Shown in pieces: positions 46,790 through 55,089 of a stretch of DNA of 64,000 nucleotides; position 1 is the stretch's first letter; every line of letters begins with the position of its first letter. The notes under the pieces were generated by a model that was not told where the DNA came from, ran no database searches, and saw only the letters and a program-made list of their open reading frames with translations. The translations under genes and the position numbers were made by a program. Origin of the DNA: an uncultured Acidobacteriota bacterium (GTDB lineage Bacteria > Acidobacteriota > UBA6911); NCBI GenBank assembly GCA_964474425.1, contig CAYYTC010000006.1:20503-84502 (forward strand), in the 5' to 3' direction.

Positions 46790-47542
46790 TCACCGTTCCA
46801 GATGCGCGACGACAGGGGCGTGGTCGCTCGTGCCGAACTGGGCGAGTACGGAGCACCGCTTAATGCGGTTTGCAGCAGGCCGGCTCGCCAACACATAGTC
46901 GAGCCGCCAGCCTATGTTTCTCTGCCGCATGTTGCGCCAGGGCGGCCACCATGTGAAAAGCTGATCGTTGTCGGGATCGAGGGTTCGCCCGACGTCGACC
47001 ATTTCTCCACCGGCGAGGACGCGCTCAAAGAGCTCCCGCTCTTCGGGCCTCTGGCCTATGGCATCCGGTTTGCGTTCCTTGGGATGAACGTCCTGGTCGG
47101 TCCGGGTGACGTTCATGTCGCCGCAGAGAATCAGGTCCAGACCAACGGACCTGCAGTTTACGGCGTAGCGCTCCAGAGCTTCGAGAAAATGCAGCTTGGC
47201 CGCGAAATCCTTCCCCCCGTTCGGCACATAAACGGACCCGATGATGAGGTTTTCGATGCGGGCTGTCACGATCCGTGTCTCGAAGTCGAATTCAGGATGC
47301 TCAAACCGGGGTTCCTCGGGGGACACGCTGCGGCGGATGTGCAGACCAACGCCGGAATAAGCGCGCTCGCCATGCCAGCAGCACCAATAGCCGGCCAGAT
47401 TGCGGAGCGGTTCGGGAACCTGCTCGCGCGCGGCCTTGATTTCCTGTAGGCAAACGACATCCGGCTGGTCGCGCTCCATCCACTCCAGGACCTGCTGCTG
47501 GCGTGCGCGAATTCCATTCACGTTCCAGGTTGCGATTTCCAC
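46790..47542 (-). CDS. xth: exodeoxyribonuclease III
   Basis: EEP-fold motifs (IATWNVNGIR, CLQEIK, GDMNV, WWPPW, SDHAPV). GTG start. Confidence 0.9.
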   Translation of the reverse strand: MEIATWNVNGIRARQQQVLEWMERDQPDVVCLQEIKAAREQVPEPLRNLAGYWCCWHGERAYSGVGLHIRRSVSPEEPRFEHPEFDFETRIVTARIENLIIGSVYVPNGGKDFAAKLHFLEALERYAVNCRSVGLDLILCGDMNVTRTDQDVHPKERKPDAIGQRPEERELFERVLAGGEMVDVGRTLDPDNDQLFTWWPPWRNMRQRNIGWRLDYVLASRPAANRIKRCSVLAQFGTSDHAPVVAHLER

Positions 47543-47551
47543 GTGTGCACC

Positions 47552-48748
47552 TCAAGGATTCGTGAGGTAAATTCGGGGTACCCGCGCGGCGATCGCGCAA
47601 AGGATTTCGTAGGGAATGGTATCCAGAGCTTCCGCCCAATCCTGGGCCGTGGTGCGGCAGTGGTCGCTCGATCCCAGCAGAATCACCTCGTCCCCTTCCC
47701 GGGCGTCGGGGAGGTCTGTCAGGTCCACCGCGATCATGTCCATGGAGACTGCGCCGATAACCTCGGCGCATCGGTCACGGACAATGATGCGGGTCCGGCC
47801 GCTGAGGCGCCGATGGAATCCATCCGCATACCCGACCGGCAATATGCCGACCCTCGTTTGCCTGGACGCGGTGAACCTTCTTCCATATCCCAGGGATTCT
47901 CCCGCCGCAATCGAGCGAATGGGGCCGATCGCGGTTTTAAGGGTCAATACGGGGCGCAGTGTAACGGGAGAGCGGCGCGAGTCCGGCGAGTAACCATAGA
48001 GAGCGATTCCGGAACGCGCGTTCCACTGCCGGAAGCACTCGTGATATAGAATACCTGCGCTGTTCGCAAAATGAATGGTCCCCGGATTCAGATGGGCGTC
48101 CCTGACTGCGGAGAGGGCGCGGTCGAACCGGCGCTTCTGCTCCATGGTGAAAGACGTATCCGTCTCATCCGCGCTGGACAGGTGGGAAAAGACTCCTTCG
48201 ATGCGGATGCGGCGCGCGCGCTGCACCGCGGTCAGCAAAGGATCCAATGCATCCCATCGGGCTCCCAGACGAGCCATTCCGGTGTCCACTTTAATATGGA
48301 CGGCAATGGAAACGGCCATCTCGGCGCCCATGGAGTCCAGGCAGCACACGCTTTCGGGTGTATCGACGGAAAGGGTGAGGCGGTTCTGCACGGCCGGTTT
48401 CTCCAGCCCCTGCCAGGATGTCCCGAGCACCAGGACCTCTTGAGTAATTCCTGCCTGGCGCAATGCTACGCCTTCATCGACCACGCCCACCGCAAACGCC
48501 GTGGCTCCTGCGGATGCCAGCGCCCGCGCGACAGGAATCATCCCATGACCGTAGGCGTCGGCCTTGACGACCGGAAAAATTCTCGGGTTGCCGCCGCCGG
48601 AAGGCGATAAAAGGGAAGAGAGCGCCTTGAAATTTTCCGCCAGGGCATTCAGATCAACCTCCGCCCATGTCGGCCTCCCTTCAGGTCTCATCCCGAAGTT
48701 GCTGCCAGCCCTTTCGCACTTCATCGTCTTACCGATCGCCTCTTTCAT
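47552..48748 (-). CDS. alr: alanine racemase
   Basis: PLP-lysine context VVKADAYGHG, C-terminal racemase domain. True start may be the internal MRPEGRPTWAEVDL. Confidence 0.85.
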   Translation of the reverse strand: MKEAIGKTMKCERAGSNFGMRPEGRPTWAEVDLNALAENFKALSSLLSPSGGGNPRIFPVVKADAYGHGMIPVARALASAGATAFAVGVVDEGVALRQAGITQEVLVLGTSWQGLEKPAVQNRLTLSVDTPESVCCLDSMGAEMAVSIAVHIKVDTGMARLGARWDALDPLLTAVQRARRIRIEGVFSHLSSADETDTSFTMEQKRRFDRALSAVRDAHLNPGTIHFANSAGILYHECFRQWNARSGIALYGYSPDSRRSPVTLRPVLTLKTAIGPIRSIAAGESLGYGRRFTASRQTRVGILPVGYADGFHRRLSGRTRIIVRDRCAEVIGAVSMDMIAVDLTDLPDAREGDEVILLGSSDHCRTTAQDWAEALDTIPYEILCAIAARVPRIYLTNP

Positions 48749-48763
48749 GTTCGGCCTGTCCCT

Positions 48764-48805
48764 GACCGCTAACCGCTAACCGCTAACCGCTAACCACTAA
48801 CCACT
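48764..48805 (+). repeat. tandem heptamer repeat (CCGCTAA)x4 (CCACTAA)x2 in the alr-dnaB intergenic gap
   Basis: gaCCGCTAACCGCTAACCGCTAACCGCTAACCACTAACCACTAAg. Confidence 0.6.
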
Positions 48806-50150
48806 AAGTTCCTTCCTGGTACAGGCTGTCGAATTTCGTAAACTGTTTGCTGAAGGCAAGCTGTATGGATCCCGTGGGCCCGTTTCTCTGTTTTCCTATG
48901 ATCAGTTCGGCGAGCCCGTTGTTTTCCTCCGTGGGATTGAACATATCCTCGCGATAAATGAACAATACAACATCGGCGTCCTGCTCGATGGAACCGGATT
49001 CCCGGAGATCCGAAAGCTGCGGACGGCGGTGCTCGCCGGTCCTGGATTCGACGGCGCGGCTGAGCTGGGAGACCGCGATGACGGGAACGTTGAGGTCTTT
49101 GGCAATTGCCTTCAAGCCCCTGGAAATCTGGGAAATTTCCTGCGTGCGGTTTTCGTAGCGCTGATTGGAGCCCGACATGAGCTGCAGGTAATCGACAATT
49201 AAAAGGTCCATTCCGTGTTCCAGGCTCAAACGCCGGGCTTTCGTGCGCAGTTCGGATACGGTAACACTGGCGGTATCGTCGATAAAAATTTTGGTGTCGG
49301 ACAGGTCGCCGGAAGCGTGGCTCAGCCTGTTCCAGTCCTCCTTGTTCAGGAAGCCGGTGTTGACCCGGTGGGCGTCAATCCTCGCCTCGCTGCACAGAAG
49401 CCGCTTGACCAGCTGTTCCTTGCTCATCTCCAGGCTGAAGATCCCGACGGTTTTGTGCTTTCTGATGGCGACATGTTCGGCGATATTGAGACAGAGACTG
49501 GTTTTTCCCAGTCCGGGCCGTGCGGCAACGATGATGAGGTCCGACGGGTGTAAGCCGGCGGTCATGCGGTCCAGGTCGACAAATCCGGTTTCCAGGCCCG
49601 TTACGGGGGCTTTGCGATTGGACAACTCCTCGATCTGCTTGAAGACGTCGCTGACGATGGGCGTGATGGAGGAAAAGCCCGTGTGGAACTGCTGGCTGGC
49701 TATGTCGAAGATCGTCTTTTCGATGTGCTGGAGGATATCTTCGGCAGGCTCCTCGTCCTGATAGCTGCGGGCCATGATCTCGCCCGAGATCTGGATCAGT
49801 CGGCGCAGAGTGGACTTGGATCTGACAATCTGCGCGTAGTACTCGATATTGAGCGCCCGGGGCAGATAGTCGGTAAGGCTTGCCAGGTAGGCGGCTCCGC
49901 CGATGCTTTCGAGCTCGTTCGCGCGCTGGAGCTCCTCTTTGAGAGTGATAAGGTCGATCGGCCGCGAATTGTTCATGAGCTGGAGCATTCGATCGAAGAT
50001 TCTCCGATGACTCTCCAGGTAAAAGTCCTGCGACTTGATTATTTCAAAGACGGGAATCGCGGCCTTATCGTCCAGCAGGATGGCCCCCAGTATAGAGCGC
50101 TCCGCTTCCAGGTTGTGGGGAAGCGTTTTTTCCAGGCTGATATCGGCCAT
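48804..50150 (-). CDS. dnaB: replicative DNA helicase
   Basis: Walker A GARPGLGKTS and DnaB N-terminus MADISLEKTLPHNLEAERSILGAI. The ORF-track start at 50222 (TTG) translates the heptamer repeats (SIVNRQSSIVNRQ) and is rejected. Confidence 0.9.
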   Translation of the reverse strand: MADISLEKTLPHNLEAERSILGAILLDDKAAIPVFEIIKSQDFYLESHRRIFDRMLQLMNNSRPIDLITLKEELQRANELESIGGAAYLASLTDYLPRALNIEYYAQIVRSKSTLRRLIQISGEIMARSYQDEEPAEDILQHIEKTIFDIASQQFHTGFSSITPIVSDVFKQIEELSNRKAPVTGLETGFVDLDRMTAGLHPSDLIIVAARPGLGKTSLCLNIAEHVAIRKHKTVGIFSLEMSKEQLVKRLLCSEARIDAHRVNTGFLNKEDWNRLSHASGDLSDTKIFIDDTASVTVSELRTKARRLSLEHGMDLLIVDYLQLMSGSNQRYENRTQEISQISRGLKAIAKDLNVPVIAVSQLSRAVESRTGEHRRPQLSDLRESGSIEQDADVVLFIYREDMFNPTEENNGLAELIIGKQRNGPTGSIQLAFSKQFTKFDSLYQEGT

Positions 50151-50151
50151 T

Positions 50152-50240
50152 TTGATTGACGATTGACGATTGACGATTGACGATTTAGGACTGGCGGAAT
50201 CATTTTTAATCGTCAATCGCAAAACGTCAATCGCAAATCA
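50152..50240 (+). repeat. palindromic tandem-heptamer element: (GATTGAC)x4, spacer, then inverted AATCGTC/AATCGCA units
   Basis: tGATTGACGATTGACGATTGACGATTGACGATTt ... aATCGTCAATCGCAAAACGTCAATCGCAAATCa. The arms are reverse complements and can form a long stem-loop. Confidence 0.65.
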
Positions 50241-50348
50241 CAGGGTGTTTTCGGTTCCACATGAACCTTGTCGGCTAGAAGGACCACTCCAGGCCCGTCG
50301 GTAAGCGCTAATTGCCGGGCTGACCTATGCGCTTCAGCATGGAGATTT

Positions 50349-50400
50349 TCGATTGCATTAGCATCCTTCAAATCGTCAATCGAAAATCGCAAATCGTCAA
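50349..50400 (+). repeat. second copy of the AATCGNN heptamer array directly after the rplI stop
   Basis: tcGATTGCattagcatccttcaAATCGTCAATCGAAAATCGCAAATCGTCAAT. Confidence 0.6.
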
Positions 50401-50859
50401 TTAGGTGGCGGCTTCCGGTTCCGGTTCCACGATGACTCTGATGGGCACCGTGACTTCGCGGTGCAGCCGGATCGGCACCTGGTATTCTCCGAGCGTCTTT
50501 ATGGGCTCTTCCAGCTGTATCTTGCGCTTATCGATATCGATCTTGTGGTTGACCAGGAAGTCCGCGATATCCAGCGCAGTCACGGACCCGTAAAGCGATC
50601 CCTCTTCTCCGGATTTCTTCTGGATTGTCACCGTAAGCTTAACGATGTCGCGGGCCAGAAGAGTGGCGGATTCCTTCTCCCGGTGGTCGCGGCGCGCCTG
50701 GGAGATCTTTTCCACCTCGGCTATCTTAATGTTGCCCGGAGTGGCCTCAATCGCGAGATTTCTGGGGATCAGATAATTGCGCCCGTAGCCGGGGGCAACC
50801 TTTACGACATCGCCGGTTTTGCCCAGTTTCTCTACGTCCTGCTTTAAAATGACCTTCAT
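50401..50859 (-). CDS. rplI: 50S ribosomal protein L9
   Basis: MKVILKQDVEKLGKTGDVVKVAPGYGRNYLIPRNLA. Confidence 0.9.
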   Translation of the reverse strand: MKVILKQDVEKLGKTGDVVKVAPGYGRNYLIPRNLAIEATPGNIKIAEVEKISQARRDHREKESATLLARDIVKLTVTIQKKSGEEGSLYGSVTALDIADFLVNHKIDIDKRKIQLEEPIKTLGEYQVPIRLHREVTVPIRVIVEPEPEAAT

Positions 50860-50883
50860 GTCTCACCCTCTGGGAAAAAAGTC

Positions 50884-51117
50884 TCAATCCGCTACGAATG
50901 GGAGAATCGCCATGTGTCTGGCGCGCTTTATGGCTTCCGCGAGCAACCGCTGATGCGTCGAGCAGACGCCGCTGATTCTCCGCGGCAGTATCTTCCCTCT
51001 TTCTGGAATAAAATGGCCGAGGAGTTTCCCGTCTTTAAAGTCGATATATGTAATTTTTTCCGCGCAAAACTTGCACACTCTCTTGCGCCGCACACTGAAT
51101 CGTCTTGGACCTGGCAT
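50884..51117 (-). CDS. rpsR: 30S ribosomal protein S18
   Basis: [43 protein letters not shown]. Confidence 0.9.
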   Translation of the reverse strand: MPGPRRFSVRRKRVCKFCAEKITYIDFKDGKLLGHFIPERGKILPRRISGVCSTHQRLLAEAIKRARHMAILPFVAD

Positions 51118-51177
51118 AGTTCTTAGCCTTTCTACTTTGTGGGACCGGATTTTCGAATGCGGTCCCCGATGAAGACC

Positions 51178-51576
51178 CTACAGATCGGATAAGGACGCCT
51201 CTTCCGCGTCGGTACCCCGGGAGATATCCGGCGCCTGTTTGGGCACCTTTTTTTGTCTTGTCGCTTTGATCTTTTCGGAACGTTTGAGATCCTCGTCGAT
51301 TCGAACCGAAATAAAGCGGATGATATAATCGGTCACCCGGAAGCGGCGCTCCAGTTCCGCGATGGCGCTGCCATCCCCCTCAATGGATAGCACCACGTAA
51401 TAGCCCTCTCGGAATCTCTTGATCTTGTAAGCCAGGGATTTTTTCCCCCAGTTGTCGACCTTGACCACCTTGCCGTTCTTGCTCTCAACCACTGTCTGGA
51501 TATGGTTGATAAAGCCGTCCAGCTCTTCACTGGTTAGCGTGGGGGCGGCAACAAAGACCACTTCGTAATTTCTCAC
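51178..51576 (-). CDS. rpsF: 30S ribosomal protein S6
   Basis: MRNYEVVFVAAPTL...RFREGYYVVL. Confidence 0.9.
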   Translation of the reverse strand: MRNYEVVFVAAPTLTSEELDGFINHIQTVVESKNGKVVKVDNWGKKSLAYKIKRFREGYYVVLSIEGDGSAIAELERRFRVTDYIIRFISVRIDEDLKRSEKIKATRQKKVPKQAPDISRGTDAEEASLSDL

Positions 51577-51594
51577 GGCCTTCTCCTTACAGCT

Positions 51595-52164
51595 TCATGC
51601 GTTAAAAATCGCCATTGTTTTGGAAACGCCGTCGCGCAGTATCGATTTCACGGCATTCCCGGTCTGAAAAATTATTTCGTTGACCCCGGTCCATTTTTCC
51701 GGCGGAAAATCCGATAGAACGAAAGCAGCCTTGTCTTCGGGCATCTGCTCTTCGCCGATTCCAACCCGCACGCGCAGGACCTCATCCGTCCCCAGCATCG
51801 TGAGGACGGATTCGAGGCCATGATGCCCGCCGCCGGATCCTCGCTCCCTGACTCGTATGCGGCCGAACGGGAGATTCAGGTCGTCGACCACCAGCACAAG
51901 GTCCTCCGGACCCTTTTTAAGGTTGGAAAGCAGCGCGTGGACAGCCTTTCCGCTCTGGTTCATAAAAGTCGACGGTTTCACCAGCAATACAATATGCCCG
52001 GCAATTGACGCCCGGCATGTGGCGGAAAGCAGGTCCGCCGACCAGGTCCCTGGCGCTTCCCGGGCGAGGGCGTCCAAAACCATGAATCCGACATTGTGCC
52101 GGTTCCCGGAATACGCCGCTCCGGGATTGCCCAATCCGACGATAACCCTGGCCAGTGTCTCCAT
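51595..52164 (-). CDS. pth: peptidyl-tRNA hydrolase
   Basis: VGLGNPGAAYSGNRHNVGF signature. Confidence 0.9.
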   Translation of the reverse strand: METLARVIVGLGNPGAAYSGNRHNVGFMVLDALAREAPGTWSADLLSATCRASIAGHIVLLVKPSTFMNQSGKAVHALLSNLKKGPEDLVLVVDDLNLPFGRIRVRERGSGGGHHGLESVLTMLGTDEVLRVRVGIGEEQMPEDKAAFVLSDFPPEKWTGVNEIIFQTGNAVKSILRDGVSKTMAIFNA

Positions 52165-52227
52165 TGGTGCTGAAGCGCCTGCATCACACTCCGCCCGAAC
52201 ATCGCGAAGGGTTCAGCCGGATAGCCT

Positions 52228-52923
52228 TTATTGCTTGGGCTCAGGCTTTGGGGCCTTGGATTTCTGCTCCTCCTCCGCGCCTTCCTCTGCAACCTTGCCC
52301 TTCTTGATCACTTCCGGTTCAGCAGTCTCGGGCACCGCCTCGACCGGGACCTCCTCCTTGATCGGAGGAACGATGGTTACGATAACGACTTCGGGATCGG
52401 TGAGAATTCTGACTTTTGCATCCGTCTGAATGTTCTTCACCCGTATATAGTCGTTGATCTTCAGGTGGCTGACATCCACCCGGATCGATTCGGGAATATC
52501 CGAAGGCAGGCACTCGACCTGGATCGAACGCGTGACGATATCCATGATGCCGCCGTCGAGCTTTACGCCTTCGGCTTCGCCGACGGTCTCGATATTGACC
52601 GTCAATTCGAGCAGGCGGTCCATCGCGATTTCGAGAAAATCCGCATGTATCAGGGCCCCCTGGACGGGATCCAACTGGTAGTCCTTGACCATGGCGTTGC
52701 TTTGCTCAGAACCGTCCACGCTGACGCCGAAGATGCTGTTGCGCCCGGTTTCCGAATGGAGGATGGCCTGCACCTCGCCCGGATCAACCGAAACCACGAT
52801 CGGCTGCTTCCCGGGGCCATAGATAACGGCCGGAATTCTTCCCGCTTTCCGGAGCCGCCTGTTGGCATTTTTGCCGCCCGGGGTCCGTACCTGAGCTTCG
52901 ATTACTGTTGGCATGAAACCCAA
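52228..52923 (-). CDS. 50S ribosomal protein L25 / general stress protein Ctc
   Basis: N-terminal L25 domain with an acidic/Lys-rich C-terminal extension. Confidence 0.85.
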   Translation of the reverse strand: MGFMPTVIEAQVRTPGGKNANRRLRKAGRIPAVIYGPGKQPIVVSVDPGEVQAILHSETGRNSIFGVSVDGSEQSNAMVKDYQLDPVQGALIHADFLEIAMDRLLELTVNIETVGEAEGVKLDGGIMDIVTRSIQVECLPSDIPESIRVDVSHLKINDYIRVKNIQTDAKVRILTDPEVVIVTIVPPIKEEVPVEAVPETAEPEVIKKGKVAEEGAEEEQKSKAPKPEPKQ

Positions 52924-53002
52924 CTCCTTCCTAAGAATCTCAGAATTTTGAAGCCTGCCGGTTTTTTATCCCGTCAGGGCTCCAAGGCTCGAAGACTCGA
53001 CT

Positions 53003-53965
53003 CTAAACAAAAAGATTACTGACGCTCGTTTCCTCATGAATGCTCTGAATGGCGGTGCCCAACAGGCCGGCAACACTCAGGATGGTCATATTGGGCAGTT
53101 TCCTGGAATCGGGCACCGGAACGGTGTTGGTAAGAATGATCTGCTCGATCGGGGTTTTGCGCAGCCTCTCGATCGCGGGGCCGCTCAGGATTCCGTGGGT
53201 CGCGCAGGCGATGATGCGCCCCGCCTTTTTTTTATGGAGTGCGAGGACCGTATTGACCAACGTGCCCGCCGTGTCGATCATGTCGTCGCAGATAACGATA
53301 TTCCTCCCGCTCACGTGGCCGATGATGTGAAGCAGCTCGGCCTCGTTGGGCCCGGTGCGGCGTTTGTCGACGATGGCCAGATCCGCGTCGAGCCTCTTGG
53401 CGAATGCCCGGGCGCGCTCCACTCCTCCTGCGTCGGGCGAGACTATCGTGAGGTCGGGGATTTTCATATTCTTCAAATACTCGATCAAAACAGGCGCCGC
53501 GAACAGATGATCAACCGGGATGTCGAAAAATCCCTGGATCTGTCCCGCATGGAGGTCCATCGACAGGATACGGTCCGTACCGGCGGCCGTGAGCAGGTCC
53601 GCCACCAGCTTGGACGAAATCGGAACGCGGGGCTTGTCTTTTCGATCCTGCCGCCCATACCCGTAATAAGGCATTACGGCCGTAATCCGCGTGGCGGAAG
53701 AGCGCTTGAACGCATCGATCATGACCAGCAGCTCAACCAGGTTGTCGTTCACCGGGGAAGAGGTGGGCTGGATCAAAAAGACGTCCTTGCCGCGGACGTT
53801 TTCCAGGATCTGGCAGTAAATTTCGCCGTCGCTGAACCGTGTCAGGTTAATCTTTCCCATGGGAATTTGCAGATGATCGCAGATCTCCTGCGTCAAAGCC
53901 ATGTTGGCATTTCCCGAAAAGACCTTCAGTTCTCTGTTCACTCGCTTGTATCCAGTGTTAATCAT
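53003..53965 (-). CDS. prs: ribose-phosphate pyrophosphokinase
   Basis: MALTQEICDHLQIPMGKINLTRFSDGE... and PRPP-binding loop DDMIDTAGT. Confidence 0.9.
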   Translation of the reverse strand: MINTGYKRVNRELKVFSGNANMALTQEICDHLQIPMGKINLTRFSDGEIYCQILENVRGKDVFLIQPTSSPVNDNLVELLVMIDAFKRSSATRITAVMPYYGYGRQDRKDKPRVPISSKLVADLLTAAGTDRILSMDLHAGQIQGFFDIPVDHLFAAPVLIEYLKNMKIPDLTIVSPDAGGVERARAFAKRLDADLAIVDKRRTGPNEAELLHIIGHVSGRNIVICDDMIDTAGTLVNTVLALHKKKAGRIIACATHGILSGPAIERLRKTPIEQIILTNTVPVPDSRKLPNMTILSVAGLLGTAIQSIHEETSVSNLFV

Positions 53966-53992
53966 GAGCGCGCTCCTGGAGGCGATGCGAGA

Positions 53993-54067
53993 TGGCTGGG
54001 GCGGGAGGATTCGAACCTCCGAATGCAGGTTCCAAAGACCTGTGTCTTACCGCTTGACGACGCCCCA
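53993..54067 (-). tRNA. tRNA-Gln (anticodon UUG)
   Basis: Minus-strand cloverleaf: acceptor UGGGGCG/CGCCCCA (U1-A72), anticodon stem CAGGU/ACCUG with loop CUUUGGA (anticodon UUG), T-arm GGAGG-UUCGAAU-CCUCC, discriminator G73, encoded CCA. Typical position upstream of prs. Confidence 0.85.
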
Positions 54068-54204
54068 GCAGTACGCAAAATGAAAAGCGGCGCAACCCCC
54101 GCGATCCGCAAACAGACCCGCGCCTGCCTCAAGCTGCCCCGGACGGCAGTTCCGTTGCCGTTCCAGGGCGAAACCTTTTGAGAAATGCGGGCCTGAACCG
54201 GCGT

Positions 54205-55089
54205 CTACCCGAACATGTTTTGGAAATACTCAGCCCGAGAAAGGGTCTTCGCCGGAAACACTCGCCAGGCTTCCCGGGTGTTTTCCCGGGCTACCGCGAA
54301 CGCTGATTCCTCATCAGGGAAGAATCCGAAGACAGAGGATCCGCTGCCGGACAGCAGGGTCGCCGTCGAGCCCCGTTCCTCCAGGAAACTCTTGGCTTCC
54401 CGGATGGGCGGGTAGGCAGGCAGGATCGAAGCCTCGAAATCATTAAAGATCCCGGCCAGGCAGCTCTTGCCCTCTTTCGCCTGACCATAAAAACGTTGAA
54501 TTCTATGGTCCTCGCGGCAGGAAGTCAATCCCAAATTGAGAGACCGGTAGGCCTCGGCGGTGGATACGCTGATCCCGGGGAAGATCACCACCAGATGTCC
54601 GGAGGGCAGATCGGGCCAGGGCAAAACCTTTTCTCCCCTCTCCATGCCCAGGGCAGTACCGCCGCTGAGGAAAAAAGGAACGTCGGAACCGAGGGTTGAG
54701 GCCGCCGCAGGCAGGTCCACGCTCTCTTCGACATTCCAGAGGCGGCAAAGGCTCAGCAGCGTCACGGCCGCATTGCTGCTCCCTCCGCCCAGGCCCGCCC
54801 CCGCAGGGATCCTTTTCCGGAGCACAATGGATGCGCCGCGCTTCTCCGGCAGCCTGGCTGCAAGAGCTTCGGCCGCTTTCCAGACCAGATTCTCTTCCCG
54901 GGGGACGCCGCGGAGGTTTTCGCAGCTCAGTTCCAGCCTCGAAGATAGCCGGAACTCGATTTCGTCGTGCAGGCTGATGCTCTGAAAGACGGTCTGGATG
55001 TCATGGTAGCCGTCCGTTCTCCGGCCCAGAACAGACAGCGCCATGTTTATCTTTGCGAAGGAACGTGCCCGAAGCAGCGGAGTTGTCAC
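54205..55089 (-). CDS. ispE: 4-diphosphocytidyl-2-C-methyl-D-erythritol kinase
   Basis: GHMP-kinase motifs (KINMALSV, PAGAGLGGGSSNAA). GTG start overlapping the TPR gene stop (GTGA). The ORF-track start at 55194 would overlap the upstream gene by about 100 nt. Confidence 0.85.
   Translation of the reverse strand: MTTPLLRARSFAKINMALSVLGRRTDGYHDIQTVFQSISLHDEIEFRLSSRLELSCENLRGVPREENLVWKAAEALAARLPEKRGASIVLRKRIPAGAGLGGGSSNAAVTLLSLCRLWNVEESVDLPAAASTLGSDVPFFLSGGTALGMERGEKVLPWPDLPSGHLVVIFPGISVSTAEAYRSLNLGLTSCREDHRIQRFYGQAKEGKSCLAGIFNDFEASILPAYPPIREAKSFLEERGSTATLLSGSGSSVFGFFPDEESAFAVARENTREAWRVFPAKTLSRAEYFQNMFG

Noticed and set aside
48745-48806. One-nucleotide disagreement between my manual line-based indexing and the ORF-track coordinates around 48745-48806 (agreement is exact at 24879, 28549, 47542, 50150 and 50401)
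   Set aside because: Most likely a counting slip on my side. ORF-track coordinates were used for CDS ends. My manually placed RNA/repeat coordinates should be taken as plus or minus 1-2 nt.
50151-50222. ORF-track N-terminal extension of dnaB (MRLTIKNDSASPKSSIVNRQSSIK, TTG start) and the analogous extension of the DUF503 gene (59471-59542)
   Set aside because: The extensions are translations of the tandem heptamer repeats. The conserved DnaB N-terminus begins at MADISLEKT and the DUF503 protein at MPIAYC.
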